Virus record (IMG/VR): IMGVR_UViG_3300005837_000755
Location: 1 to 26,371 of that record
DNA: 26,371 nucleotides
DNA from: a virus
Taxonomy: Duplodnaviria; Caudoviricetes
Strand: one strand, 5' to 3'
Numbering within the stretch: position 1 is the stretch's first letter; each line of letters begins with the position of its first letter. Below, one piece after another: positions 1-7,931 of this stretch. Under the pieces are notes generated by a model, which was not told where the DNA came from, ran no database searches, and saw nothing but the letters and a program-made list of their open reading frames with translations. Position numbers and translations under genes: made by a program.

Positions 1-300
1 TCTAGATCTAGATTCTTTAGCACCTATGTTATGTTTCTTTTGTTCTTTCTCAAACTTTCTTTGCGATATCGCAACTTCGGCTGCTTCTTTATCTCTTTGC
101 AAGTTCATGGCAATTTCACCTACTTGTAAAAAGTTTAAGAGCTTATTTGTTTTACCATGATCTTCTTGTCGTTTGACAGACTCTTGTATTTCTTGGGCAT
201 GCGCTCCAAACTGATCTTGAACTTCTTTAAAGTTATCTTGTAAACGCTCTCCGTCTAAAGCCTGTTTAAGTGCGTCGTCTAGTATTCTTTTATCAACCAT
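1..300 (-). CDS. N-terminal 100 codons of a charged helical protein running off the window edge; probable tail tape-measure protein (gp29-like)
   Basis: Manually translated open frame from ATG at 300 (MVDKRILDDALKQALDGERLQDNFKEVQDQF...) with no stop before position 1. TAATG coupling to the upstream gp51-like stop. The tape-measure call rests only on position after tube/gp26/gp51 and on E/K/Q-rich composition. Confidence 0.45.
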   Translation of the reverse strand, partial: MVDKRILDDALKQALDGERLQDNFKEVQDQFGAHAQEIQESVKRQEDHGKTNKLLNFLQVGEIAMNLQRDKEAAEVAISQRKFEKEQKKHNIGAKESRSR

Positions 301-431
301 TAATATGTCTCTTTTTCTTTAAGTTTATCCGTCTTCTTCTGAAGATGTTCTATTAACATAGCAATGTAAATCTCTCTTTCCCAGGGCATCATATTTTCTA
401 ACTCTGTTAAACTATACTGATGCTCCTGCAT
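300..431 (-). CDS. gp51: gp51-like baseplate hub assembly protein, short form (43 aa from the first ATG; the frame is open to 497 and is probably reached by a -1 frameshift from gp26)
   Basis: Not in the ORF track. Translation (LSQERLENFYKTNFLL)MQEHQYSLTELENMMPWEREIYIAMLIEHLQKK matches the Y-S-L-T-E-x-E-N-x-x-P-W-E-R-x-x-Y motif of short gp51 proteins of T4-like phages. Confidence 0.8.
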   Translation of the reverse strand: MQEHQYSLTELENMMPWEREIYIAMLIEHLQKKTDKLKEKETY

Positions 432-443
432 TAATAAGAAGTT

Positions 444-494
444 CGTCTTGTAAAAATTCTCAAGACGCTCCTGAGAAAGAGTTAGCCGAAAAAA
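444..494 (-). promoter_or_regulatory. Candidate -1 programmed ribosomal frameshift element: slippery heptamer T TTT TTC (494-488) and downstream stem-loop (477-457)
   Basis: The heptamer is in the gp26 zero frame, one codon before the stop. Ten nt downstream lies TTCTCAGGA-GCG-TCTTGAGAA (9 bp with one G.U). An alternative pairing CGTCTTG (467-461) / CAAGACG (450-444) is also possible. Confidence 0.65.
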
Positions 495-1171
495 TGTTCA
501 TACCCATTAATGGATATTCTATTTTCAAATCCGCATGATGGACATGCGTATTCGACTATGTGTTCTACACGAGGCATCTTATTAAAAAATGATTGTATTT
601 TTTCAAATACATCTAATGGTAGATTATCAATAAATTCAACAATATTTTCTGGAGTTTCGTCTTTTATTTGTAAAACTTCTTCTCCATTAAATACTTTAAC
701 TAAACAATGATGTACAATAGCCGTATCATCAGTTTCGTCTGTATCTAATATAACCTTAGCATTAGGATATTGCAATTCAATAGCAACATCTTCATTTATT
801 TTAATAATTTTCTCTGGTGCCTCTTCTAAACCTTGAACTTGAACATCTGATAATTGTAGAGTGTATTTCATTGTTTCTTTACACCCTCCACATATCAATT
901 GAAAGTCCTGAGTTTCTCCTGTAGACTTCTCTTTTAATCTCATGAATAAATGTTGTAAATCAAAAATACTTAGATTTTCAACATCTATTTCTTCAAGGCA
1001 ACAATTAGATACAACCTGCTCACAAGCAGATATCATATCTTTATATTCGCCTCCTTCACTTGCCAACATAAGAACTTTTTCTTCCTTTACAAGAAAAGGC
1101 CTAAACTTTTTAACCTCTCCTGTAGAAGGAATACTAAAATCAAATAGTGGCGTCTCAATTTTTGGTAACAT
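482..1171 (-). CDS. gp26: Baseplate hub assembly chaperone gp26-like
   Basis: MLPKIETP...IPSTG..KFRPFLVKEEKVL N-terminus, two CxxC motifs (CGGC, CPSC) and C-terminal G...FF, typical of T4-like gp26. AGGAG ribosome-binding site at 1177-1181. Confidence 0.88.
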   Translation of the reverse strand: MLPKIETPLFDFSIPSTGEVKKFRPFLVKEEKVLMLASEGGEYKDMISACEQVVSNCCLEEIDVENLSIFDLQHLFMRLKEKSTGETQDFQLICGGCKETMKYTLQLSDVQVQGLEEAPEKIIKINEDVAIELQYPNAKVILDTDETDDTAIVHHCLVKVFNGEEVLQIKDETPENIVEFIDNLPLDVFEKIQSFFNKMPRVEHIVEYACPSCGFENRISINGYEHFFG

Positions 1172-1195
1172 AATTTCTCCTATAATTAAATCTTA

Positions 1196-2002
1196 TTACG
1201 GTGATGTTTCATCACCTGTGCCGTCTGATGCTGTATTGTTTACTGCTTCACCGGCTGGTTTGTTCTCGCCTTTGTCGTCACCTTTAACTTCTGCTTCAGG
1301 TTCAGGCGCTCCCATGTCAACTCTAATATAATTAGAGTCCCAATAAGTAGCTGATACAATCAATGTTGTTCTAACAATTCCTACAGAACCCATACTCATA
1401 GGTTGTAAGTTTAGAACCTTTGGCGTAACTTCATGTAATACCCATGAACGCCTATAATTGTCTTGTAAATCCATTGCATTAATACTAATATCTCCCCATG
1501 TATCGGAAGGCCAAAAAGATTGTTTAGAAGTAGGATCTACTGTTACAGCAAACCATTGTTCAAATACTTCTCTTAAAGCCCAATTAGTATCTGTATAAAA
1601 TGTAAAGTTAATTTCTTGTCCTAAAAACTGCATGTTAGTATTTCTGTAATGTGTCCAAGGACCTACATTAAATTCTTTATTTGCTAATGCCATGCCTGGT
1701 ATTTGTACTTCCTCACACATTATAGTAGCTGCTTCTGCCATTCTATTATTTTTAAAAGCACTTCTTACAGCAAGAGGAAAATTAAATTGACATTCAAATC
1801 TTTCTGTTCTAGCAAGTTGAGTATTGTTTATTGTTTCTAGAAAACTTGTTCTACCACCTTTACGCCATTGATGATCGTATTGTGTTAAAGGTCCAGTCGT
1901 TAAATCTGGATTGGGGTGTGCTGTTCCTTTTCCTGGCCTATTACCTTTTACCCTAGACTTATTGTAAGCTCCTCGTAAAATACTTCTTAAACTAAAACCC
2001 AT
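1196..2002 (-). CDS. Tail-tube-fold protein (gp54/gp19-like baseplate-tail tube initiator)
   Basis: CEEVQIPG...EINFTFYTD...REVFEQW...W.L....P motifs of the T4 gp19/gp54 family; baseplate gene context. Confidence 0.7.
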   Translation of the reverse strand: MGFSLRSILRGAYNKSRVKGNRPGKGTAHPNPDLTTGPLTQYDHQWRKGGRTSFLETINNTQLARTERFECQFNFPLAVRSAFKNNRMAEAATIMCEEVQIPGMALANKEFNVGPWTHYRNTNMQFLGQEINFTFYTDTNWALREVFEQWFAVTVDPTSKQSFWPSDTWGDISINAMDLQDNYRRSWVLHEVTPKVLNLQPMSMGSVGIVRTTLIVSATYWDSNYIRVDMGAPEPEAEVKGDDKGENKPAGEAVNNTASDGTGDETSP

Positions 2003-2610
2003 TACACCATCCTCCTCTTACGCTCTGGTTTTGTCATTGTGTTTCTATAAACTGTTTGAGGAGAAGCACCAACAAAATCTTGTACAGGTAAAAATACTGC
2101 TGACTTCCAGTGCTTTGAATTGATCTCTAACAACCTACCTCTTATTTGTGTATTAAGATATTTTTTTACTGATCCTCTAACTTCTGGGAATCTACTAAAA
2201 TTTCTTATAAAAGACCAAGCAGATCTCATAACAGCTTTATCATCATGTGTAGTGCCTTCTTTAGAGTCTGCTACAGGCTCCATGAGTCTTTCAACTAAAT
2301 CTGCTCTTAATAAAGGACTTAGATAGTGTAAGTTAATACCACTAAACCCTGTTGGTGTGGGCTCACTTATAATAACTAATGGTAGTTGATCATAGTATGG
2401 CAAGTCTGCTTTTGTTATAGGATCGTATTTAAAAAGGTACATTTTTCCTACTGTTAATTGTGTTGCAAACTTCCCTATATCAGAACCAGCAACCTCCTGA
2501 AAGGTATTCATACCTGTAGTATAATCTCTTACAGCTCTTTGATACCAACGAGAAGATTTCTCTACACCGCCTGTTCTAGAATAAATATCGTTAAAAGGTT
2601 TTTGGTCCAT
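2002..2610 (-). CDS. gp2: DNA end protector protein gp2
   Basis: GKMYLFKYDP...LPYYDQLPLV...GFSGINLHYL motif. Start moved from the track's 2652 to the ATG at 2610 (MDQKPF), which lies just downstream of a late promoter and avoids overlap with gp4. Confidence 0.88.
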   Translation of the reverse strand: MDQKPFNDIYSRTGGVEKSSRWYQRAVRDYTTGMNTFQEVAGSDIGKFATQLTVGKMYLFKYDPITKADLPYYDQLPLVIISEPTPTGFSGINLHYLSPLLRADLVERLMEPVADSKEGTTHDDKAVMRSAWSFIRNFSRFPEVRGSVKKYLNTQIRGRLLEINSKHWKSAVFLPVQDFVGASPQTVYRNTMTKPERKRRMV

Positions 2611-2615
2611 ACATG

Positions 2616-2623
2616 TATTTATA
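2616..2623 (-). promoter_or_regulatory. T4-type late promoter TATAAATA upstream of gp2
   Basis: Exact octamer in the 13-nt gap between the gp4 stop and the gp2 ATG. Confidence 0.75.
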
Positions 2624-3070
2624 CTAGATACCGAGTTCTTTTTCAGTAACAATTCTAAATTTCATGCCTTGCTTCTTACAAAAAGCTCTTGCTGTTTTCC
2701 ACTTTGCCTCATTTACAGCATAGTTTGCTATCTCTTGTAAGTATCTTTTTGTTTTTCTTTTGCCTGGTTGTGGCGCTTTTGTAAATCTTTTAGGTTTTAC
2801 TTCTATTAAATATCTTTCTTTTCCTGTTTCACTCTTAACTTCCATATAAAAGTCTACAAAATATCTATGAACTTTGTTGTCTATAGGACTACGATATGGA
2901 ATAGCAATCTCTTCTGAATTCCAACCTATTATAGAACTATTTAGATCACACCAGTTCATAAACTTTAATTCGTAACTTGATCTATAGACAATAGAGGTAG
3001 GGTCTCCTAAGTATTTAGAAGGATTTCGAGGAATAAACTTTCCTTTATATATTTCTTTGGCATAAACCAT
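2624..3070 (-). CDS. gp4: Head completion nuclease gp4 (TnsA-like PD-(D/E)xK fold)
   Basis: YKGKFIPRNPSKYLGDP..IVYRSSYE..FM.WCD...W.SEE..IPY.SP.D...HRYFVDF...IEVKP...NEAKW..A motif. Confidence 0.93.
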   Translation of the reverse strand: MVYAKEIYKGKFIPRNPSKYLGDPTSIVYRSSYELKFMNWCDLNSSIIGWNSEEIAIPYRSPIDNKVHRYFVDFYMEVKSETGKERYLIEVKPKRFTKAPQPGKRKTKRYLQEIANYAVNEAKWKTARAFCKKQGMKFRIVTEKELGI

Positions 3071-3077
3071 ATAAATA
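3070..3077 (+). promoter_or_regulatory. T4-type late promoter TATAAATA for the gp48 operon
   Basis: Exact octamer in the divergent intergenic gap, followed by a GAGGA ribosome-binding site (3105-3109) and ATG at 3114. Confidence 0.75.
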
Positions 3078-3097
3078 AGACTATAATGTTAATTAAC

Positions 3098-3105
3098 TAT
3101 TTATG
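3098..3105 (-). promoter_or_regulatory. Near-consensus late promoter CATAAATA for gp4
   Basis: 7/8 match, correctly oriented, 27 nt upstream of the gp4 ATG. Confidence 0.55.
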
Positions 3106-3113
3106 AGGACAGT

Positions 3114-4379
3114 ATGCCGGTAGACAAGAATAATTTTGGAGCAGATGAGTATCACGCAAATACTACAGGTGATGATTATGGTTATTTAAAAGAGATGGGT
3201 CTTGGAGACAAATCTGTAGAAAGAGCTAGACAAAAAGAATCAAACAATACAGACTATAATAATTTTACAAAAAACACTAAACCTGTATTAACATATCCTC
3301 AAGATCTATTCCAAGCAAACCAAGTTAATGGTGTATGTTTCTTTGTTAAAATTAGAAACAATAGTGTAGCAGCACAAAATTCAAGTGGCCCTAGTGGAAT
3401 AGCAGCAGATAGAATAGCTACATTTGAACAAACACATTCTGAAATGGCAACACAAATGAATAGATCATCTGCAGAACAATATAATGCAACACTAACAGGT
3501 GGCCAAGTTATTGTAGGTGCAGCTGGAGCTTACGCAGCAGGCAAAGGCCTAACTGCAGCAATTAAAAATAAAGGAACCATATACGAAAAAGCAAAAGCAT
3601 TTGGTAAAGGTAATGCTGGAACAGCAGTTTTAGCAGCAGGAGCAATTGCTGTAGCAGAAAGACAACAAAATAAAAACGAAAAAGGTTTTGATAATGAAGC
3701 AGGCGAGTTTGCAGGTGGCACGCAATTTTTAAATAAGGTAATACAACTACATGTTCCACAGTCTATTATATCACAATACCAAGCAGACTGGAACGATACA
3801 GAATTGGGTATGGCAGGTATATTAGCAAACAAGAGATTTGACCAAGCTAGTTTAGGAGATGTAGGAGAGTCAGCAGCTAGAGGAATAATACAAGGAGCAG
3901 CTTCTTTACCAAAAGCAATAGGTGTTGATGCAGACTTAGGTGCAGCAATAGAAGCAACAAGTAGAAAGACAAGAAATCCATATAAAGAACAATTATTTAA
4001 AAGTATGGGATTTAGATCTTTTGCATTTCAATATGTTTTCAATCCAAAAAATCAAGAAGAATATGATAATGTAAGAGAAATTGTAAATACATTTAAATAT
4101 CATATGCACCCAGATATATCTCCTGGCCAAGCATTCTTAATTTATCCTTCAGAGTTTAATATAGAATTTTATCATGCACAAGGAGGTAATGTAAAACCAA
4201 ATCCTCACTTGCCTAAAATTTCAGATTGTGCATTAAAAGATGTAAAAGTTACTTATGGACCTGATGGATTCTTTAATACAGTTGCAGGAACAGATGGTGT
4301 TCCTTCAGAAATAACTATGGAATTAAACTTCACAGAGCTAGAAGTACTAACAGCAAACAGAATAGCAGACGGTTACTAA
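3114..4379 (+). CDS. gp48: Baseplate tail-tube cap gp48
   Basis: LTYPQDL, IQLHVPQSI, NPYKEQLFKSMGFRSFAFQYVFNPKN.EE...IV.TFKYHMHP and L.FTELE.LT...I..GY motifs. Confidence 0.88.
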   Translation: MPVDKNNFGADEYHANTTGDDYGYLKEMGLGDKSVERARQKESNNTDYNNFTKNTKPVLTYPQDLFQANQVNGVCFFVKIRNNSVAAQNSSGPSGIAADRIATFEQTHSEMATQMNRSSAEQYNATLTGGQVIVGAAGAYAAGKGLTAAIKNKGTIYEKAKAFGKGNAGTAVLAAGAIAVAERQQNKNEKGFDNEAGEFAGGTQFLNKVIQLHVPQSIISQYQADWNDTELGMAGILANKRFDQASLGDVGESAARGIIQGAASLPKAIGVDADLGAAIEATSRKTRNPYKEQLFKSMGFRSFAFQYVFNPKNQEEYDNVREIVNTFKYHMHPDISPGQAFLIYPSEFNIEFYHAQGGNVKPNPHLPKISDCALKDVKVTYGPDGFFNTVAGTDGVPSEITMELNFTELEVLTANRIADGY

Positions 4380-4380
4380 T

Positions 4381-4884
4381 ATGTATTTTAAACAATTTCC
4401 TAAACTTTTTTATCCTACAGGCAATACAAAAACACTTGTACCTGATATTTTTCGTAGAATACACATGGATAAGTTTTTTGCAAACAGATCAAATTTAACA
4501 CCTTACTATGTTACAGATGGAGAGACACCTGAACTTGTTTCACAAAATTTATATGGTTCAACAAAATACCATTGGTTAATTTTACTAGCAAATGATATTA
4601 TAGATGTTAATAAAGAATGGCCAAAGTCTCAAGAAGAACTTGTTCTTTATGTAAAAGATAAGTATGGAGCAAATAATAGTTCTGATATACATCATTATGT
4701 ATTAACAGCAGACAGAACTATTGTTGTTGATTGGGATGCTACTAAGGCTGTTGATGGAACATACACAGCTCTAACTAATTTAGAATACGAAGAAGAAGTC
4801 AACGACAAAAAAAGGCAAATTAAAGTTTTAAATCCTATATTCTTGAGTACAATAGCTAAACAGTTTAAGAAATTAATGAAATAG
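4381..4884 (+). CDS. gp53: Baseplate wedge subunit gp53
   Basis: MYFKQFP...DGETPE.VS..LYG...YHWLILLAN.I.D...EWP...YEEEVNDKKRQIKVL motif. Confidence 0.9.
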   Translation: MYFKQFPKLFYPTGNTKTLVPDIFRRIHMDKFFANRSNLTPYYVTDGETPELVSQNLYGSTKYHWLILLANDIIDVNKEWPKSQEELVLYVKDKYGANNSSDIHHYVLTADRTIVVDWDATKAVDGTYTALTNLEYEEEVNDKKRQIKVLNPIFLSTIAKQFKKLMK

Positions 4885-4897
4885 GACCTGAGTTATT

Positions 4898-6274
4898 ATG
4901 GCAGACGAGCAACTAAATAAAGGTCAAAGAAACTTACAAATAGATGATTTAAAAATTGTTTCTTTAGATGGAAATGAAGAAAACTTAGAAGAGTTTTATA
5001 CAGAAATAAGAATTTTTGAATCTATATTCCTACCTACATTATCTGCAGATATTGTGATAGTTGACCCTAAAAATATAATGGAAGAATTACCTATTGTAGG
5101 TGGTGAAACAGTTCACATGAAATTAAGAACATCTACATTTCCAGACGATCCCGGTGCATGTATTCAAAGATCTTTTAATGTAACAGCAATTACCCAAAGA
5201 GGTTTGGATAATGATAGGCAACAGGTATATACTTTAAAACTTGTATCTCCGGAGATGGTTAGAGACTCTGGCCACACACTAAATAGAGCAATGCCAGGAC
5301 CCGGAGGAGATACAAATACAGAGGCATTGGCTAAAAAAATATTTGATGACTTTGTTAAAGTAGAAGGAAGATACTTGCCTGATGATGATGAAAATGAGTT
5401 AGTTATATCTGGTTCGCCTCATAAATCTTCTATACAATATATTTCTAATTCGTGGACACCCTTTACAAATTTAAATTATATTTGCAAACGAATACAAGCA
5501 GCAGATGTAAACGGTTCAGATTTCTTTTTCTTTGAATCCAATAAAAATTATTATTTAACAAGTTTACAACATTTAATCCAAGAAGGAAAAAATTCTTATT
5601 TTGAAGAGTACACATACAAACCTAGTTCTTTACCTAAAAATATTAGAGAAGAAGGTTCCTATAGTGGTATTTCATTGCCTGATTATTTTAGTGCAATTGA
5701 AACAATGGAAATACCTAGAACAATATCTATTCTAGATGGTAATTTAAGTGGTTATTATTCTTCAAACATACAAGCATATGATATGTTTAATAAAAAATTT
5801 AAAAACTTTCATCTAGATATACATGAAGATTTTGGTAGTTTAGAAACAACAGATGAAAACATACCTATACCTAAAGGGATATCTAAATCTCCTTCAGCAT
5901 ACACATCAGTTAAATTATTAAATTCATATACATGGAATGGTCCTGAGCAATCTCAGGGTGTAAATGATGATGCCTTAACTACACATTGGAGTTCAGACGC
6001 TGTTAGAAAACAATACATAAATAGTTTTAAAGATTATCAGTTTTTAATAATGGTTCCAGGTAGGACTGATATTGAAGTAGGTAGGTGTATTAAAATGAAC
6101 TATCCCAAACCTGCTTCCAAATCATCAGGAGATGAATACACAGAAGACGAAATATTAAGCGGACTTTATGTTGTAACAGAAATTAAACATAAAATTAACG
6201 CAGCAAATTATGATATGACAATGAGAATTACAAAAAATGGTGTGGGCAAAAGTTTAGGAGGTTCATATGAGTAA
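4898..6274 (+). CDS. Baseplate hub protein (gp27/late-control-D-like)
   Basis: IFESIF...LPIVGGE, FFFFES...Y.LTSL and VPGRTDIEVG...LSGLYVVTEIKH motifs; located between gp53 and gp5. Confidence 0.65.
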   Translation: MADEQLNKGQRNLQIDDLKIVSLDGNEENLEEFYTEIRIFESIFLPTLSADIVIVDPKNIMEELPIVGGETVHMKLRTSTFPDDPGACIQRSFNVTAITQRGLDNDRQQVYTLKLVSPEMVRDSGHTLNRAMPGPGGDTNTEALAKKIFDDFVKVEGRYLPDDDENELVISGSPHKSSIQYISNSWTPFTNLNYICKRIQAADVNGSDFFFFESNKNYYLTSLQHLIQEGKNSYFEEYTYKPSSLPKNIREEGSYSGISLPDYFSAIETMEIPRTISILDGNLSGYYSSNIQAYDMFNKKFKNFHLDIHEDFGSLETTDENIPIPKGISKSPSAYTSVKLLNSYTWNGPEQSQGVNDDALTTHWSSDAVRKQYINSFKDYQFLIMVPGRTDIEVGRCIKMNYPKPASKSSGDEYTEDEILSGLYVVTEIKHKINAANYDMTMRITKNGVGKSLGGSYE

Positions 6275-7919
6275 TACAATAGGTTTACCACCTTTTGTTT
6301 GGTGGATGGGAATAGTAGAAGATAGAATAGATCCTTCAGAAACAGGAAGAGTTAGAGTTAGAATATTAGGATATCATACTCCAAGCACAGAGGACTTACC
6401 TACATCTGAATTACCTTATGCAACTATTATGAATCCAGTTACAAGTTCAGGTATGAATGGCATAATGGAAGTTCCTAATATTGTGAAAGGTTCAACAGTG
6501 GTTGGTTTCTTTGCTGACGCAGAACAACAAACACCTGTAATAATGGGAACCATTGCTGGTAAACCTCTTGAAAGAAATTTTGTAGAAGGTGAAGGATTTA
6601 CAGACCCTAAACAAGTTTACCCTAAAGAACCTAAAGATGGTTATTCAGGTATTGGAGAACCTGATATACCTAGACTTGCCAGAGGAGAAGCAGCAGAAGA
6701 ACATTTCTCATTAATGAATCTAAGAGAAATGAGAGATGAAGCAATACCTGTAGCAAAAGCAGGTAGTGTTGCTGGTGTATTAGATGATAAAGACACAATC
6801 GATTACGAAACAAAAACATGGGACGAACCACACCCAAGAGGCGTATCTAAAGATGACGCAGTATATTACAATATAAAAGAAAAATTAAAAGCAGGCGAAG
6901 CACCTACAGGAGATGAAACATCTCTTTATCCTTACAACTTGGTTAGAGAAACAGAGGCAGGAATTGTACAAGAATTAGACAACTCACCTGGCAATATAAG
7001 AATACATGAATTTCATCCAGCAGGAACAAATAGAGAAATACAAAATGATGGAACTAGAGTATGTAATATCGCAGGTTCAGACTATGAAATAATAGTTAAA
7101 GATAAAAATGTTCTTGTAAGGGGAGCAGCCAATGTAACTATTGAAGGAGATGCAAAACTCTTAGTTAAAGGAAATCAATACACAGAAATATCTAAAGACT
7201 GGCATATAACAGTTGGAGGAGATAAGATAGAAAACATTAATGGTAATCATGCCATGAACATAGGAACAGACTCATTAAGTAATATTAGTGGTAGTCGTTA
7301 TGTTGACATAGCATCAGGTGCAGATAAAAAAGGTGGAGACTTTGAAACAATAGTAGGAAGTCAAACAACAAGCATTGGTGCAGTACAGAATGTTAATGTA
7401 GGTGGTTCAGGAGATTATACTATTAAAGGAAATCTTAATCTAAATGTAGGTAAGTCATTTGTAGAAAAAGTAGGAACAGATCCTAAAGTTGGTGGTGGTA
7501 AAATAACACAGGTTAGAGATAGTTTTAGCATATTACAATTAGCAGATGTAAATATAGATGGTATAGAAAACTTCTTTACTTTAGAAACTAAAGGAACACA
7601 GAATATACTTACACATAAAGAACAACATTTAACAGTAGGAACAGCACAAACAATAACAGTTGGTACTACAACACCTGTAGAAAATACAGTCCTAGGTAGA
7701 CAAATATTAACAATTGGTGAAAACCAAACAGAAGCAATTACAGGAACAAAAACAGATACCATTGGTGGTACACATACATTAACATCTCCTACAGCAGCTA
7801 TTACATACGATGCAGGAGAAATTACAGTTAATAGCATAACACATACAGCACATACGCATCCACAGAACGATGGTAATGATGCAGGTGGTGGTACAAGTAC
7901 AAGTGGACCTGAAGGATAA
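6267..7919 (+). CDS. gp5: Baseplate central spike gp5 (OB-fold plus beta-helix, no lysozyme domain, C-terminal HxH)
   Basis: WWMGIVEDRIDP...GRVRVRILGYH OB-fold; YPYN.V.ETEAG...E.DNSPG..RIHEFHPAGT..EI..DG segment; roughly 8-residue V.G repeats; ends THTAHTHP...TSGP. Confidence 0.9.
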   Translation: MSNTIGLPPFVWWMGIVEDRIDPSETGRVRVRILGYHTPSTEDLPTSELPYATIMNPVTSSGMNGIMEVPNIVKGSTVVGFFADAEQQTPVIMGTIAGKPLERNFVEGEGFTDPKQVYPKEPKDGYSGIGEPDIPRLARGEAAEEHFSLMNLREMRDEAIPVAKAGSVAGVLDDKDTIDYETKTWDEPHPRGVSKDDAVYYNIKEKLKAGEAPTGDETSLYPYNLVRETEAGIVQELDNSPGNIRIHEFHPAGTNREIQNDGTRVCNIAGSDYEIIVKDKNVLVRGAANVTIEGDAKLLVKGNQYTEISKDWHITVGGDKIENINGNHAMNIGTDSLSNISGSRYVDIASGADKKGGDFETIVGSQTTSIGAVQNVNVGGSGDYTIKGNLNLNVGKSFVEKVGTDPKVGGGKITQVRDSFSILQLADVNIDGIENFFTLETKGTQNILTHKEQHLTVGTAQTITVGTTTPVENTVLGRQILTIGENQTEAITGTKTDTIGGTHTLTSPTAAITYDAGEITVNSITHTAHTHPQNDGNDAGGGTSTSGPEG

Positions 7920-7931
7920 TAGGAGGAGTAT

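Noticed and set aside
1-74. Palindromes tctagatctaga (1-12) and ttgcgatatcgcaa (61-74)
   Set aside because: They lie inside a CDS, and one or two palindromes of this length are expected by chance.
2611-2652. ORF-track N-terminal extension of gp2
   Set aside because: It overlaps gp4 and spans the late promoter; the ATG at 2610 fits better.
2624-3070. TnsA-like nuclease as a transposon or homing endonuclease
   Set aside because: Motifs and position beside gp2 identify it as the core head-completion gene gp4; there are no terminal repeats or partner genes.
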